Positions 45,032-54,192 of a DNA stretch of 64,000 nucleotides are shown here, in pieces. The notes beneath the pieces were generated by a model. That model was given only the letters and a program-made list of their open reading frames with translations, searched no databases and was not told where the DNA came from. The stretch's first letter is position 1, and each line of letters starts with the position of its first letter. The DNA is from Anaerolineae bacterium (GTDB taxonomy: Bacteria; Chloroflexota; Anaerolineae; Aggregatilineales; J027), in contig JAJTXY010000004.1 of assembly GCA_021463865.1 (NCBI GenBank), positions 162,858 through 226,857 on the forward strand. Direction: 5' to 3'. Position numbers and translations under genes: made by a program.

Positions 45032-45724
45032 TTATTCGATGTCTATAAACCGATAGCCAATACCCGGTTCATTAAGGATATAACGAATATTCCGTGCGGG
45101 GTTCTCACAGAGTTTTTTACGGAGTTGATTAACAAACACCCGCACATAATGATCCATGCCACTATATTCCGGCCCCCAAACCTGATTGAGAATGGCCCCG
45201 TGTGTTAAGACCCGACCAGAATGCGTCGCTAACAGTCGCAGCAGTTCATATTCTTTGGGAGTAAGATGGACTTCCTCGTCTTGGACAAACACGCGATGTT
45301 TGGCAAGCTCAATCCGCAAATCACCCACCACAATTTCAGATTTGGTGCTGGCGGTTGGCTCAACAATCATCCGGCGCAGGACGGCCTGTATCCGTGCGCG
45401 TAATTCCTCAAGGCTAAAGGGTTTGGTCAGGTAGTCATCCGCCCCTGCATCAAGAGCCGTGACTTTGGCCCTGTCTTCATTCCGCACCGATAGCATAATA
45501 ATTGGTGTTTTTGACCATTCACGCAGACTACGACAAACTTCAAGCCCGTCTGGTGGCGACCCCAGTGAAATATCCAAAATAATTAACTGAGGGGCTTGTT
45601 GGGCTGCCAAAACAAGGGCTTCTTGACCATTGGCCGCCGTAATAACCTCGTAGCCATAGCCACCTAAGCCCGTTTTAAGCAATTTACGAATCTGTGGCTC
45701 GTCATCCACTACCAGAATTTTCAT
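45032..45724 (-). CDS. OmpR/PhoB-family DNA-binding response regulator (KdpE-like)
   Basis: REC motifs are MKILVVDDE, LIILDISL, MLSV and TKPF. The winged-helix C-terminus reads LTPKEYELLRLL....GRVLTH..IL..VWG......HYVRVFVNQLRKKL. Confidence 0.88.
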   Translation of the reverse strand: MKILVVDDEPQIRKLLKTGLGGYGYEVITAANGQEALVLAAQQAPQLIILDISLGSPPDGLEVCRSLREWSKTPIIMLSVRNEDRAKVTALDAGADDYLTKPFSLEELRARIQAVLRRMIVEPTASTKSEIVVGDLRIELAKHRVFVQDEEVHLTPKEYELLRLLATHSGRVLTHGAILNQVWGPEYSGMDHYVRVFVNQLRKKLCENPARNIRYILNEPGIGYRFIDIE

Positions 45725-47109
45725 ACGATTCCTCCTGTTGAATCAGCGGGAAGTGCCAGCGTAAACATAAACGTTGCTCCACCGCTGGGAGTATCTTGGA
45801 CACTAATCTGCCCCTGATGCGCCTCAATAATACCTTTGGTAATGGCTAATCCCAAGCCGATATTCCCCCCCGGCCCATGATAAAACGGCTCAAAAAGATG
45901 CTGGGCCACGTCCGGTGAAATAGTTGAGCCGTGGTTAACCACTGCTACCGATACAATCTGTTGGTCGTGGTCAACCCTTGTATCCACTTCGATTTTGGAT
46001 TCGGCAGGTTCATAACGCAGCGCATTTTCAACCAAATTAGTGATCGCCTGCAACATCAGACCATAATCAAATTTCACTAAGGGCATATCATCAGGTAAAT
46101 TCATCGTGATGCGTTCGGCTTTATGTAGCTGATACATCCGAGCCACTACATCCCCGATGACCTCTTCCAATGAGTTCAGTTCCAAATGAAGGTATAAAGC
46201 ACCGGCCTGCAAACGCGACATATCCAACAGATTTCCTACCATACGGTCAAGCTGATCGGCCTCATTTTCAATGACGGTCAGCATCTCATTCTGTTGTTCA
46301 GAATCCAGCTGTTGGCGCAGGCTTAACAAACTGGCGGCAGAGGTCTTGATAATCGTAATAGGGGTACGAAGATCGTGAGAGACCGCATGGAGCAAGGCTG
46401 TCTTTAGCCGATCCGCCTCCTCAATGGTTTGAGTGCGGCTGAGTTTTTCGGCTAGTTCGATGCGCTCTAACGCAGCACAGGCCTGAATCACGCTAGTATT
46501 GAGTAAGGACAATTGGTTTTCTGTAGGTGGTTCATCGAATGCGGCACACAATGTCCCATAGACTTTTTCGCCCCGCCCTAACAACAGATAGCATACCGTC
46601 TGGTCAGTCGGCATTACAACAGTAGCATAGGGCAACATATGAACATGGCGGGTATGCAGTTCTTCCGAGAGCACTTTTTGCAGCGCGTCATAAACCCCTT
46701 CACAGGTGGAAAGTTGATTAAAAAAACTGGCTAATTTGTGTAGAACTTCTTTTTCGTTAGCCCGCTGACGGGCATTTGCCGCTTGTTGACGAGCATTTGA
46801 AGCGAGCTGCCCCCCTAAAAATGCGACCAACAAAAAGACAACCAAATCCAGTAATTCGCGGCTATCTGAAACCAAGAACGTATAATAGGGCTTTATTAAG
46901 AAAAAATTAAAGGATAGAAAACAAATAATCGCTGCAAGGAGTGATGGCCCCATTCCAGAGCGAATGGCTATCAACAAAACAACCAACAAATAAATCAGCG
47001 AAGCGTTAGCTACCGTTAAGGTTTCACGCAGTAGGAGCAACCCAGCAGTCGTCGCCATAACCACAGCAATGACCACGAGATATTGTCGAATAGGCGAGGG
47101 TTTCCACAT
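45721..47109 (-). CDS. Sensor histidine kinase, KdpD C-terminal-half-like (DUF4118 membrane domain, GAF-like, HisKA, HATPase)
   Basis: The DUF4118-type TM bundle reads LTVANASLIYLLVVLLIAIRSG...LLAAIICFLSFNFFLIKPYYTF. The H-box is LLHAVSHDLRTPIT. N and G boxes are present. There is a 4-nt overlap with the RR gene. The N-terminal KdpD sensor/USP part is absent. Confidence 0.8.
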   Translation of the reverse strand: MWKPSPIRQYLVVIAVVMATTAGLLLLRETLTVANASLIYLLVVLLIAIRSGMGPSLLAAIICFLSFNFFLIKPYYTFLVSDSRELLDLVVFLLVAFLGGQLASNARQQAANARQRANEKEVLHKLASFFNQLSTCEGVYDALQKVLSEELHTRHVHMLPYATVVMPTDQTVCYLLLGRGEKVYGTLCAAFDEPPTENQLSLLNTSVIQACAALERIELAEKLSRTQTIEEADRLKTALLHAVSHDLRTPITIIKTSAASLLSLRQQLDSEQQNEMLTVIENEADQLDRMVGNLLDMSRLQAGALYLHLELNSLEEVIGDVVARMYQLHKAERITMNLPDDMPLVKFDYGLMLQAITNLVENALRYEPAESKIEVDTRVDHDQQIVSVAVVNHGSTISPDVAQHLFEPFYHGPGGNIGLGLAITKGIIEAHQGQISVQDTPSGGATFMFTLALPADSTGGIV

Positions 47110-47313
47110 TGTACACCCCTATGTCCCAGTTTGGATATTTCTGAAATATTCCTGAAAAAACTATAACTTATCCCAAACATAAAGAATAAAGGTAGAATTC
47201 ATACTATAATTCAGCTAGAATTTGTTATGCTCATCTTTTGTTAATCTTGGTATGTAGCGAGTGGATTTTTTCCACAGACCTGTGATAACAGGAAACAAGT
47301 TTAGGAGGTTTCA

Positions 47314-48840
47314 GTGACAGAGCTTGCAGTGGCCCCTGTGCCAACATCACCAGAAATCACTGCGCCTGAAACGACAGAACAAGCGGCGGTTGCAGAGTAT
47401 TCGCAAAGCCAATTTGTTGAGGAGGTTCGCACCGAGCGTTTATCACTGCTCTGGAAAGCGACTCTAGCTTTTGCTTTCGCAGTTATTTGGATTGTAGTCG
47501 TTATCACTCAAGAGGTTGGAGAGTCAGCGACCAGTATTTTCGTCGCCATCGCCACTATTTTGGTCAGCAGCGGCCTTACGTCGCAGTTCCTCAAGAAAGG
47601 GCGATATGAGTGGGCCACCTATAGCTACGTTATCGGCCTCATTTTCACAGTCGCCGTTTTGATGGTGTTTGATAATGAAGACACCCAAACACTTGTGCCT
47701 TTCTTGGGTATTCTCGTGATTTTCATCGCGGGGACACTCATGTCAGCCCAAGCGTTGTTCGCTATGCTCGCCCTAAGCTTTGCCGCGATTATAGGCATCC
47801 CCTACCTCGGTACAGGTGAATTCGTGATGAACAACGGGGTGATATTTGCCCTCATTCTTATGACGTTGACCGCCGCGATTTCGGCCCAAACCAGTGGTGA
47901 ATTATACGGCATTGCTGAATGGGCACTTGGTAGTTACCGCAAAGAACGCGAAACCGCCGTGAAATTGCATGAAAGCCGATTAGCGGTTGAAAAGAGCCTT
48001 TTAAAGCAGCAAAGCCTCACTATGCAGCTTCGCCATTTAAATGCCGATCTTGATCGGGCACGTGAGGCCGCTGAAATTGCCAAGCAGTTTCGTGGTCAGT
48101 TCCTTGCCAATATGAGCCATGAATTGCGAACACCACTCAACGCAATTATCGGTTTTAGCGATACCATGCTCAACTTCCCGTTGATGTATGAAGGGGTTGA
48201 ACTCCCCCCTGAATATCGCAAAGATATGAATCAGATTTACACCAGCGGCAAACACCTCTTGAGCATTATCAATGACATTCTCGACCTCAGCAAAATTGAT
48301 GCCGGACGGTTGGAAGTCGAAATTCAACCAGTCGAATTGGAGCCAATCTTCAAAGGTGTGCTTTCAACTGCGGTTGGATTGGTAGGCGGTAAGCCTGTCA
48401 AATTGCTGCGGAGTACCCCCGACCCACTACCCATGGTTGTGGCCGACCCTATTCGTTTCCGTCAAGTTTTGTTAAATTTATACAGCAATGCGGCCAAGTT
48501 CACCGACGAAGGTTCGATTACCCTTTCGCTTGAAACTGAACCTAATCGCGTAATTGTCGCCGTCACAGATACTGGTGCTGGTATCGCCAAACATCAACAA
48601 GACTTGATCTTTGAAGCTTTCCAACAAGGGGAAAGTGGCCGTAAGCAGCAGCGACAGGGTGCCGGACTTGGTCTGGCAATTTCACGCCAGCTTTTGAACT
48701 TGATGGATGGAGCCATTTGGGTGGAAAGTGAGTTGGGCAAAGGCTCAACCTTCTATGTCGCTCTCCCCCGCTATTTCGCACCCGGCTCAGACTCGGAGTG
48801 GGTCGAAGTAGAGACTGCTCCAGCCCAAGCAGCACAATAA
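47314..48840 (+). CDS. Membrane sensor histidine kinase
   Basis: GTG start 6 nt after AGGAGG, with about 6 TM helices. The H-box is FLANMSHELRTPLNAIIGFSD. The N box is NLYSNAAKF; the G boxes are DTGAGI and GAGLGL. Confidence 0.88.
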   Translation: MTELAVAPVPTSPEITAPETTEQAAVAEYSQSQFVEEVRTERLSLLWKATLAFAFAVIWIVVVITQEVGESATSIFVAIATILVSSGLTSQFLKKGRYEWATYSYVIGLIFTVAVLMVFDNEDTQTLVPFLGILVIFIAGTLMSAQALFAMLALSFAAIIGIPYLGTGEFVMNNGVIFALILMTLTAAISAQTSGELYGIAEWALGSYRKERETAVKLHESRLAVEKSLLKQQSLTMQLRHLNADLDRAREAAEIAKQFRGQFLANMSHELRTPLNAIIGFSDTMLNFPLMYEGVELPPEYRKDMNQIYTSGKHLLSIINDILDLSKIDAGRLEVEIQPVELEPIFKGVLSTAVGLVGGKPVKLLRSTPDPLPMVVADPIRFRQVLLNLYSNAAKFTDEGSITLSLETEPNRVIVAVTDTGAGIAKHQQDLIFEAFQQGESGRKQQRQGAGLGLAISRQLLNLMDGAIWVESELGKGSTFYVALPRYFAPGSDSEWVEVETAPAQAAQ

Positions 48841-48852
48841 AGGTAAGACATT

Positions 48853-49680
48853 ATGCGGATTATGTACGTCGAAGACAACGCGGTCAATCTTGAACTGGTG
48901 CGCCGCATCGCCCGTCTCGGTGGGCATGATGTTGTTTCATTCAGCAACGGTAAAGATGCTCTGGATGCACTACAAACCGATACCGCGCATTTGATCCTCA
49001 TGGATATTCAACTTGAAGGCGAAATGGACGGCATCGAAGTTGTAAAGCGGATGCGTGCCAGAGGCGACCAACGTCCCGTAATTGCCATTACTGCCTATGC
49101 TATGCGCGGCGATGAGGAACGCATCTTGGGAGCGGGTTGTAACGATTATTTGCCCAAACCTCTGCCCATTAGCCAATTCATCACGCTGTTGGCAAAATAT
49201 GATCCTTCCAACTTGCAGCCTCAAGCCAAACCCGAACCTGCTGTCGCTGCTGCCCAAAAACCTGTTACATCTCAACTGACACTGCCCAAAACTCACCCGG
49301 CTGTGGCAGCCAGCACCGCAACACCAGCAGTGCCAGTAGCTCCGGCAGTGCCATCAGCCACACCTACACCGGCGACTCCAACACTAACCGCCCCCATTGC
49401 ACCTGTGACCCCAGCAGCAACGCCAATGGCACCAACAGCCTCGACCACACTGACTGCCGCTGCACCTGTCACACCATCCGTTCCAGTGACACCGACTCCG
49501 ACTGCACCCGCCGCACCACTGACGGGGGTAACGCCTGCTGCACCCAACGGAGACCCTACCGCATCATCGGCAACGGAACCTGTCGTTGAGACAGCGGTTC
49601 AAGTTGCCCCTGTACCGCCGAGCACCCAACCCATTGCTTCGGCCCCAAAGATGGAGCACAGCGATGACAAACCCGGATGA
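48853..49680 (+). CDS. Receiver-domain protein with a ~150-aa Pro/Ala/Thr/Val-rich low-complexity tail
   Basis: REC motifs are MYVEDN, LILMDIQL, ITAY and PKPL. From ..PQAKPEPAVAAAQKP.. onward there are only P/A/T/V-rich repeats (TPAVPVAPAVPSATPTPATPTLTAPIAPVTPAATP...). Confidence 0.8.
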   Translation: MRIMYVEDNAVNLELVRRIARLGGHDVVSFSNGKDALDALQTDTAHLILMDIQLEGEMDGIEVVKRMRARGDQRPVIAITAYAMRGDEERILGAGCNDYLPKPLPISQFITLLAKYDPSNLQPQAKPEPAVAAAQKPVTSQLTLPKTHPAVAASTATPAVPVAPAVPSATPTPATPTLTAPIAPVTPAATPMAPTASTTLTAAAPVTPSVPVTPTPTAPAAPLTGVTPAAPNGDPTASSATEPVVETAVQVAPVPPSTQPIASAPKMEHSDDKPG

Positions 49681-50251
49681 GACCAATAGTTCCTCTGCCC
49701 CCAAAGCAGAGGAAACGCCTCCACCCATTGTAAAGACTGAAGCCGAAACCCCGGCGGTCACTCAGCCTAAGCCAGCCACGCCCCCACGTATTTGCGCCCT
49801 CGTGATTGACGATGAGCACGCCAACCGTGATTTTTTGATGCGACTCTTGCAGCAAGCCAAATTTGAAGTGCAAGGCGCGGGTCTCGGGTCAAAAGCCCTA
49901 GAAATTGTGGGGCAACTGGGAGATAACATCAAGCTGATTATGTTGGATCATCAACTGCCAGATCAATCGGGGATGGAACTATTGGCAGCCTTACGACCTT
50001 TGCTGCCTGAAGCCCGGATTGTGATGGCAACCATGCACGACGAGCCGGGCATGATGCACAAAGCCTTTGGGGGCGGATGTAATGCTTTCTTGGTTAAACC
50101 ACATGGATTTATGGAATTATTTAAGTTGGTTCAAGGAATAACCACCGACCCAACGTGTTTGCAGAAATTAGATGGTCTGATTTTTGATATACATGGCCCC
50201 CGCCGCTATCGTGCACCTAGCGCTACCCCTACCCCTAATCCGAACGCTTGA
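49664..50251 (+). CDS. Receiver-domain protein with a ~60-aa Pro/Thr-rich N-terminal extension
   Basis: Start set at ATG 49664 (MTNPDETN), overlapping the upstream gene by 17 nt. REC motifs are LVIDDE, IMLDHQLP, ATMH and VKPH. Confidence 0.7.
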   Translation: MTNPDETNSSSAPKAEETPPPIVKTEAETPAVTQPKPATPPRICALVIDDEHANRDFLMRLLQQAKFEVQGAGLGSKALEIVGQLGDNIKLIMLDHQLPDQSGMELLAALRPLLPEARIVMATMHDEPGMMHKAFGGGCNAFLVKPHGFMELFKLVQGITTDPTCLQKLDGLIFDIHGPRRYRAPSATPTPNPNA

Positions 50252-50254
50252 GGA

Positions 50255-50680
50255 TTATCGCTCGGCTACACGCTTGCCCCGCCGCAGGTTTTGGAGAAAT
50301 GTTACGGCTTCGGCGGAATTTTGAAAAAATTTGACCTGTTCACTATGCTCGGTAATGACTAACAGCACTTCCAATCGCTGTTGCCCCTGCACACCTCCCA
50401 AAACCCCCACGCCCCCAATACGCGGATGGTACAATGAGACTGCCAATTCGCGTAAGATATTGGGAGTTACCGGGCCAAGATTACTCGCGTCCAGCAGTAC
50501 ATAGCAGGTATCCTCTTGGTAATCGAAAAAATCCGTTAGCCAGCCGACTAGGGCCATGCCTGCTCGCTCACCAAGCGGACCTTCAAGGGATACCTTTAGC
50601 AGCCAATCTAACTGGTGAGAAATGGTATACTGACCATCGGTAAAGCTACGTTTCATCAGGCCGGTGGAATTGGTTGCCAA
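50255..50680 (-). CDS. Hypothetical protein (possibly STAS/SpoIIAA-like)
   Basis: 141-aa ORF convergent with the RR gene (3-nt gap). Only a weak alpha/beta pattern is visible (..CYVLLDASNLG.V.P.....L.......). Confidence 0.4.
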   Translation of the reverse strand: MATNSTGLMKRSFTDGQYTISHQLDWLLKVSLEGPLGERAGMALVGWLTDFFDYQEDTCYVLLDASNLGPVTPNILRELAVSLYHPRIGGVGVLGGVQGQQRLEVLLVITEHSEQVKFFQNSAEAVTFLQNLRRGKRVAER

Positions 50681-50840
50681 TGTCCTTAACTCCTACGTGC
50701 AAGGATAGCTACGTTAATTTTTTTATTATCACACAGTTCAAGTTCGTTTGAATTTTTTTACATGAATTTTTCAGAATTCATAAATTCTTGCAAGTTCGAC
50801 CATGCTTAATTTCATATTTCTCAATCTTTGTGAGTGAACT

Positions 50841-51947
50841 ATGTACACGACAACCCTTCAACCGGATCAGGCAATATGGGATACATTTGTGGCGTCCCAT
50901 CCCCGTGCTCATTTTTTGCAACTCAGCGCATGGGGAGTCTTTAAATCCGGTTTCGGCTGGACAGCCCAACAAGTGGGACTGCTAGATAAAAATAATGGCA
51001 AATTGATTGCCGGCGCCCAAATCTTATACCGTCGCCTGCCCTTCAGTTTGGGCAGCATGGCCTATATCCCATTTGGGCCATTGGTGGATTGGGAGGACAA
51101 CGGTCAAGTTAAGGCCCTGCTCAAACTCATTGACCGCGCTGTCCGCCAGCATCGTGCCGTGTTTTGCAAAATCGAACCCGGTTATGATGTACCGCCGGAA
51201 TTATTAGAAAAGTTACGCCACCGCCCTAGCCCACAAACCGTCCAACCTCCGCGCACCATTATCCTTGATATTGGGGGACGTGACGACAAGGGCGAGGCCA
51301 TGACCACCGAAAAAATTCTGGCGCGGATGAATCAAGGCACACGGCGTAATATCCGCAAAAGCGAGAAGTTTGAAATCACCGTGCGTGAGGGCAATCGCGC
51401 CGATGTGGACAGCTTTAATCGCCTGATCCAAACGACCTCCGAGCGCCAAAAATTCGGGGTACATGTGCCGGAATATTATGAGCAGGTTTATAATCTGCTG
51501 ATTGAGCAGAAAACCGCCCCATCGCCCATCAAGGCGGCACTGCTGATGGCAAGTTATCCCGATGAAACCACAGGTCAAACCAAAGACCTTGCTGGAATTT
51601 TTGTCTTTGCATTGGGTAAACGCAGTTGGTATCCCTATGGCGCAAGCAGCAACGAAGAACGTCAGCGTATGGCCCCGTATGCGGTGCAGTGGGCCGCGAT
51701 TGAATGGGCCAGAAAACAAGGCGCAACGACTTACGACTTATATGGCATCCCCGACGAAAATGAGGCTTACTTGGAACGGCATTTTGAAGAACGTGAGGAC
51801 GGCCTATGGGGGGTCTATCGTTTTAAGCGGGGTTGGGGCGGGCGGGTTGTCCGTACCGTCGGCGCATGGGATCGGGTGTATAATCCGCTGTTGTATTGGG
51901 GATATCGCACCTACCTATATTTTCGGCAGCAAAATACAACTGATTAG
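50841..51947 (+). CDS. FemAB-family peptidoglycan bridge-formation aminoacyltransferase
   Basis: ..W..FV..HP.AHFLQLSAWG.FK...GW..Q.VGL....G.LI.GAQIL.RRLPF..GSMAYIP.GP.. and ..RRNIRK.... follow the FemAB (lipid II aminoacyltransferase) pattern. Confidence 0.75.
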   Translation: MYTTTLQPDQAIWDTFVASHPRAHFLQLSAWGVFKSGFGWTAQQVGLLDKNNGKLIAGAQILYRRLPFSLGSMAYIPFGPLVDWEDNGQVKALLKLIDRAVRQHRAVFCKIEPGYDVPPELLEKLRHRPSPQTVQPPRTIILDIGGRDDKGEAMTTEKILARMNQGTRRNIRKSEKFEITVREGNRADVDSFNRLIQTTSERQKFGVHVPEYYEQVYNLLIEQKTAPSPIKAALLMASYPDETTGQTKDLAGIFVFALGKRSWYPYGASSNEERQRMAPYAVQWAAIEWARKQGATTYDLYGIPDENEAYLERHFEEREDGLWGVYRFKRGWGGRVVRTVGAWDRVYNPLLYWGYRTYLYFRQQNTTD

Positions 51948-51972
51948 TTTATTGACAAATTGAGGAGCAGAT

Positions 51973-53307
51973 ATGCCGCCAAAAGCAGGCACTAAATGGA
52001 AAGGATTTTTGCATTTTCTTGACTACTGGGTTTTGCCGATCGCAGCCATAATTCTCCTAGTTGCTTTTGCCTATTTTGTAGCTGTCAGTGTGGATCGTGC
52101 TGTTGAAATTACGAAATGTCCCGATAATGAGGATTGCCGTACCAATGAGGCCGGTCTCGTCCTAAGTTTTATTGAAGGGGTCTCGGTCATTATTGGGCTA
52201 GGAATTGCACTCGCAACAGCCTATGGCATCCGAAAAATCGCCAATACACAGGAGGAATTTGAAACCTTAAGAGCCAAAGTGGAGGCGGTCACAAAAAATC
52301 AAGATTCTTGGGAGGAAACAGTCCGGCGAAGTTATGCCCAAAATCAGCGATCCTATGAAGAATCACTGGTCGCTGTCAAAACGGATACAGCGCAACAAGT
52401 AGCTAAATTAGTCCAGATTATCCAACTCATGCAGCAAGCCACCTATGAAATGCTGCTTAGAAATTACGGTCAAGTCTACTATTTTGTAAACAAAGTTCTG
52501 GAATTAGACGCCAACAACCGTTATGCGCTGTATTTGGCTGGCTGGGTGGAAATTCACTATATTAACAACGAACTAGATAATGCAATCAAACATTTAGAAG
52601 AATTGGTGAAACTAGACCCAGAATGGCACTCAGCGCGGGCAGGCTTGGGTGTGGCGTTACGCCGCAAGGCCAAAGACTTACAGCGACAGAAAGACGTCAA
52701 CCTCACCGCTAGGATCAACACCTACTACGATCAAGCCGAACGCCACCTACGACGCGCCCTTGTAGCCGATGACCGCCTGACCGACCCCAATCAAGAATCC
52801 TATTGGGGACCATTAGGTGGCTTATATCGAGACACAAAACGCTTCGATAAAGCCATTGATGCTTATGAGCAAGGCTATGGTATAACCCCCAAATCTTCAT
52901 ACCCTGTCGGCAATTTAGCTACCCTTTATTTATGGAAAGCCAAACAACTGGGTGAAACTCATGACTGGGAAAGCGGGGCATTAAACCAAGCAAGGCAAGC
53001 ATTTGAAAAGACCCTTGCATTTGCAAACGCCGAGTTGCTCAGGTCACCGGGGGATTATTTTAACTTGATGGACATTGCAATGGCTGAAGCTGCCCTTGCC
53101 AAAGACACTGCGGCAGAAAGTTTGCGAACTGTCTTGCAATTGGACAACCCTACCAATTTGCTACGGGTGTCCCTAGATGGTTGGAAATTTCTAAGTGAGC
53201 ATTATCCTAATCAAAGTGACCGTGACCAAATGGTTCATCAGCAAATCCGAGCCGCCATTGACGAATTAAATGCACGAATTGGCAACGTGGACGAATCGCC
53301 CACCTAA
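51973..53307 (+). CDS. Membrane-anchored TPR-like repeat protein
   Basis: Two N-terminal TM helices, a coiled coil and TPR-like helical repeats. GAGGAG RBS. It starts 25 nt after the FemAB gene. Confidence 0.6.
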   Translation: MPPKAGTKWKGFLHFLDYWVLPIAAIILLVAFAYFVAVSVDRAVEITKCPDNEDCRTNEAGLVLSFIEGVSVIIGLGIALATAYGIRKIANTQEEFETLRAKVEAVTKNQDSWEETVRRSYAQNQRSYEESLVAVKTDTAQQVAKLVQIIQLMQQATYEMLLRNYGQVYYFVNKVLELDANNRYALYLAGWVEIHYINNELDNAIKHLEELVKLDPEWHSARAGLGVALRRKAKDLQRQKDVNLTARINTYYDQAERHLRRALVADDRLTDPNQESYWGPLGGLYRDTKRFDKAIDAYEQGYGITPKSSYPVGNLATLYLWKAKQLGETHDWESGALNQARQAFEKTLAFANAELLRSPGDYFNLMDIAMAEAALAKDTAAESLRTVLQLDNPTNLLRVSLDGWKFLSEHYPNQSDRDQMVHQQIRAAIDELNARIGNVDESPT

Positions 53308-53328
53308 TATTTTCAGGGAGAATCTTAA

Positions 53329-54189
53329 ATGTCCGATTCAACACCTCCATTCCTATTTGGCACTTACACGCTTGGGCCAGCCATGGGCGACGGTGACATG
53401 GGAACCGTCCATAAGGCTCAGAATGTGCAGACTCAAGAAGTTGTAGCCCTTAAGGTTTTGGACAAGGTAGACACCAGCCGTGAAGGATTGCGCGGCGCGG
53501 CAGTCGAATTGATAGAATTTGCTGCCAGTCTGAGCCACCCCCAGCTACATCCCATCTCCCAAGCCGTTGAATCGGAAGATGGTCGGTTGGGCATTGTAAT
53601 GCCGATGGCGGCTGCTCGCTCCGTGAATCGTTATTTGGTCGAAGGCAAAACCATCCCCCGTGCGTCGGCGGTCAAGGTCGTTACCCAAATCGCCTCAGCT
53701 CTGCATTTTTTACACGAACAAGAGGTAGCGCATGGCAGTGTAAAACCGACCAATGTGCTGTTGGATGCACAAGGTAATGCCGCACTGTCCGATTTGCCCA
53801 TGACCCATTTGCGGGAATTAGGGTTGATCCCCAAAGCGCCCAGTTTGATGCAGCAGTTTTATATGGCACCCGAAGTGGTATATCATGCCTCGCCGGAACC
53901 CCAACACGACGTTTTTTCATTAGGTGTGCTGGCCTATCATTTGTTCACAGGGCGCATCCCATTTGATGATCCCGAACCCCTAGCCCGTAAGAAGATTTCA
54001 CCAGAGGGCCTGCCGCCGATTCTTGTGCCGGTGTTCTTGCGTGCCATGACCCCACGCACCCGTCTACGTTATCCAAGCATCGCGGCGTTTATGCAAGATT
54101 TTCAAGGTGCGGGCAATGGCAGAATTGACCCTGAAACCGAGCGCCTATTTCGCCTTTCCGATGAACCCGAATCACCAGATGAACCCTAA
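53329..54189 (+). CDS. Ser/Thr protein-kinase-like protein with HRD replaced by HGS (predicted pseudokinase or atypical kinase)
   Basis: It has a Gly loop (GDGDMGTV), VALKVL (VAIK Lys) and a catalytic loop AHGSVKPTNVLL in place of HRDLKPxN. The DFG position reads SDLPM. The APE motif (YMAPEV) is present. It consists of a kinase domain only (286 aa). Confidence 0.7.
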   Translation: MSDSTPPFLFGTYTLGPAMGDGDMGTVHKAQNVQTQEVVALKVLDKVDTSREGLRGAAVELIEFAASLSHPQLHPISQAVESEDGRLGIVMPMAAARSVNRYLVEGKTIPRASAVKVVTQIASALHFLHEQEVAHGSVKPTNVLLDAQGNAALSDLPMTHLRELGLIPKAPSLMQQFYMAPEVVYHASPEPQHDVFSLGVLAYHLFTGRIPFDDPEPLARKKISPEGLPPILVPVFLRAMTPRTRLRYPSIAAFMQDFQGAGNGRIDPETERLFRLSDEPESPDEP

Positions 54190-54192
54190 AAC

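Noticed and set aside
49290-49560. Repetitive DNA in the receiver-tail region as a possible CRISPR array or tandem-repeat locus.
   Set aside because: There are no regular direct repeats with unique spacers. The periodicity is only the codon-level redundancy of a Pro/Ala/Thr/Val-rich coding tract that stays in frame with the receiver domain.
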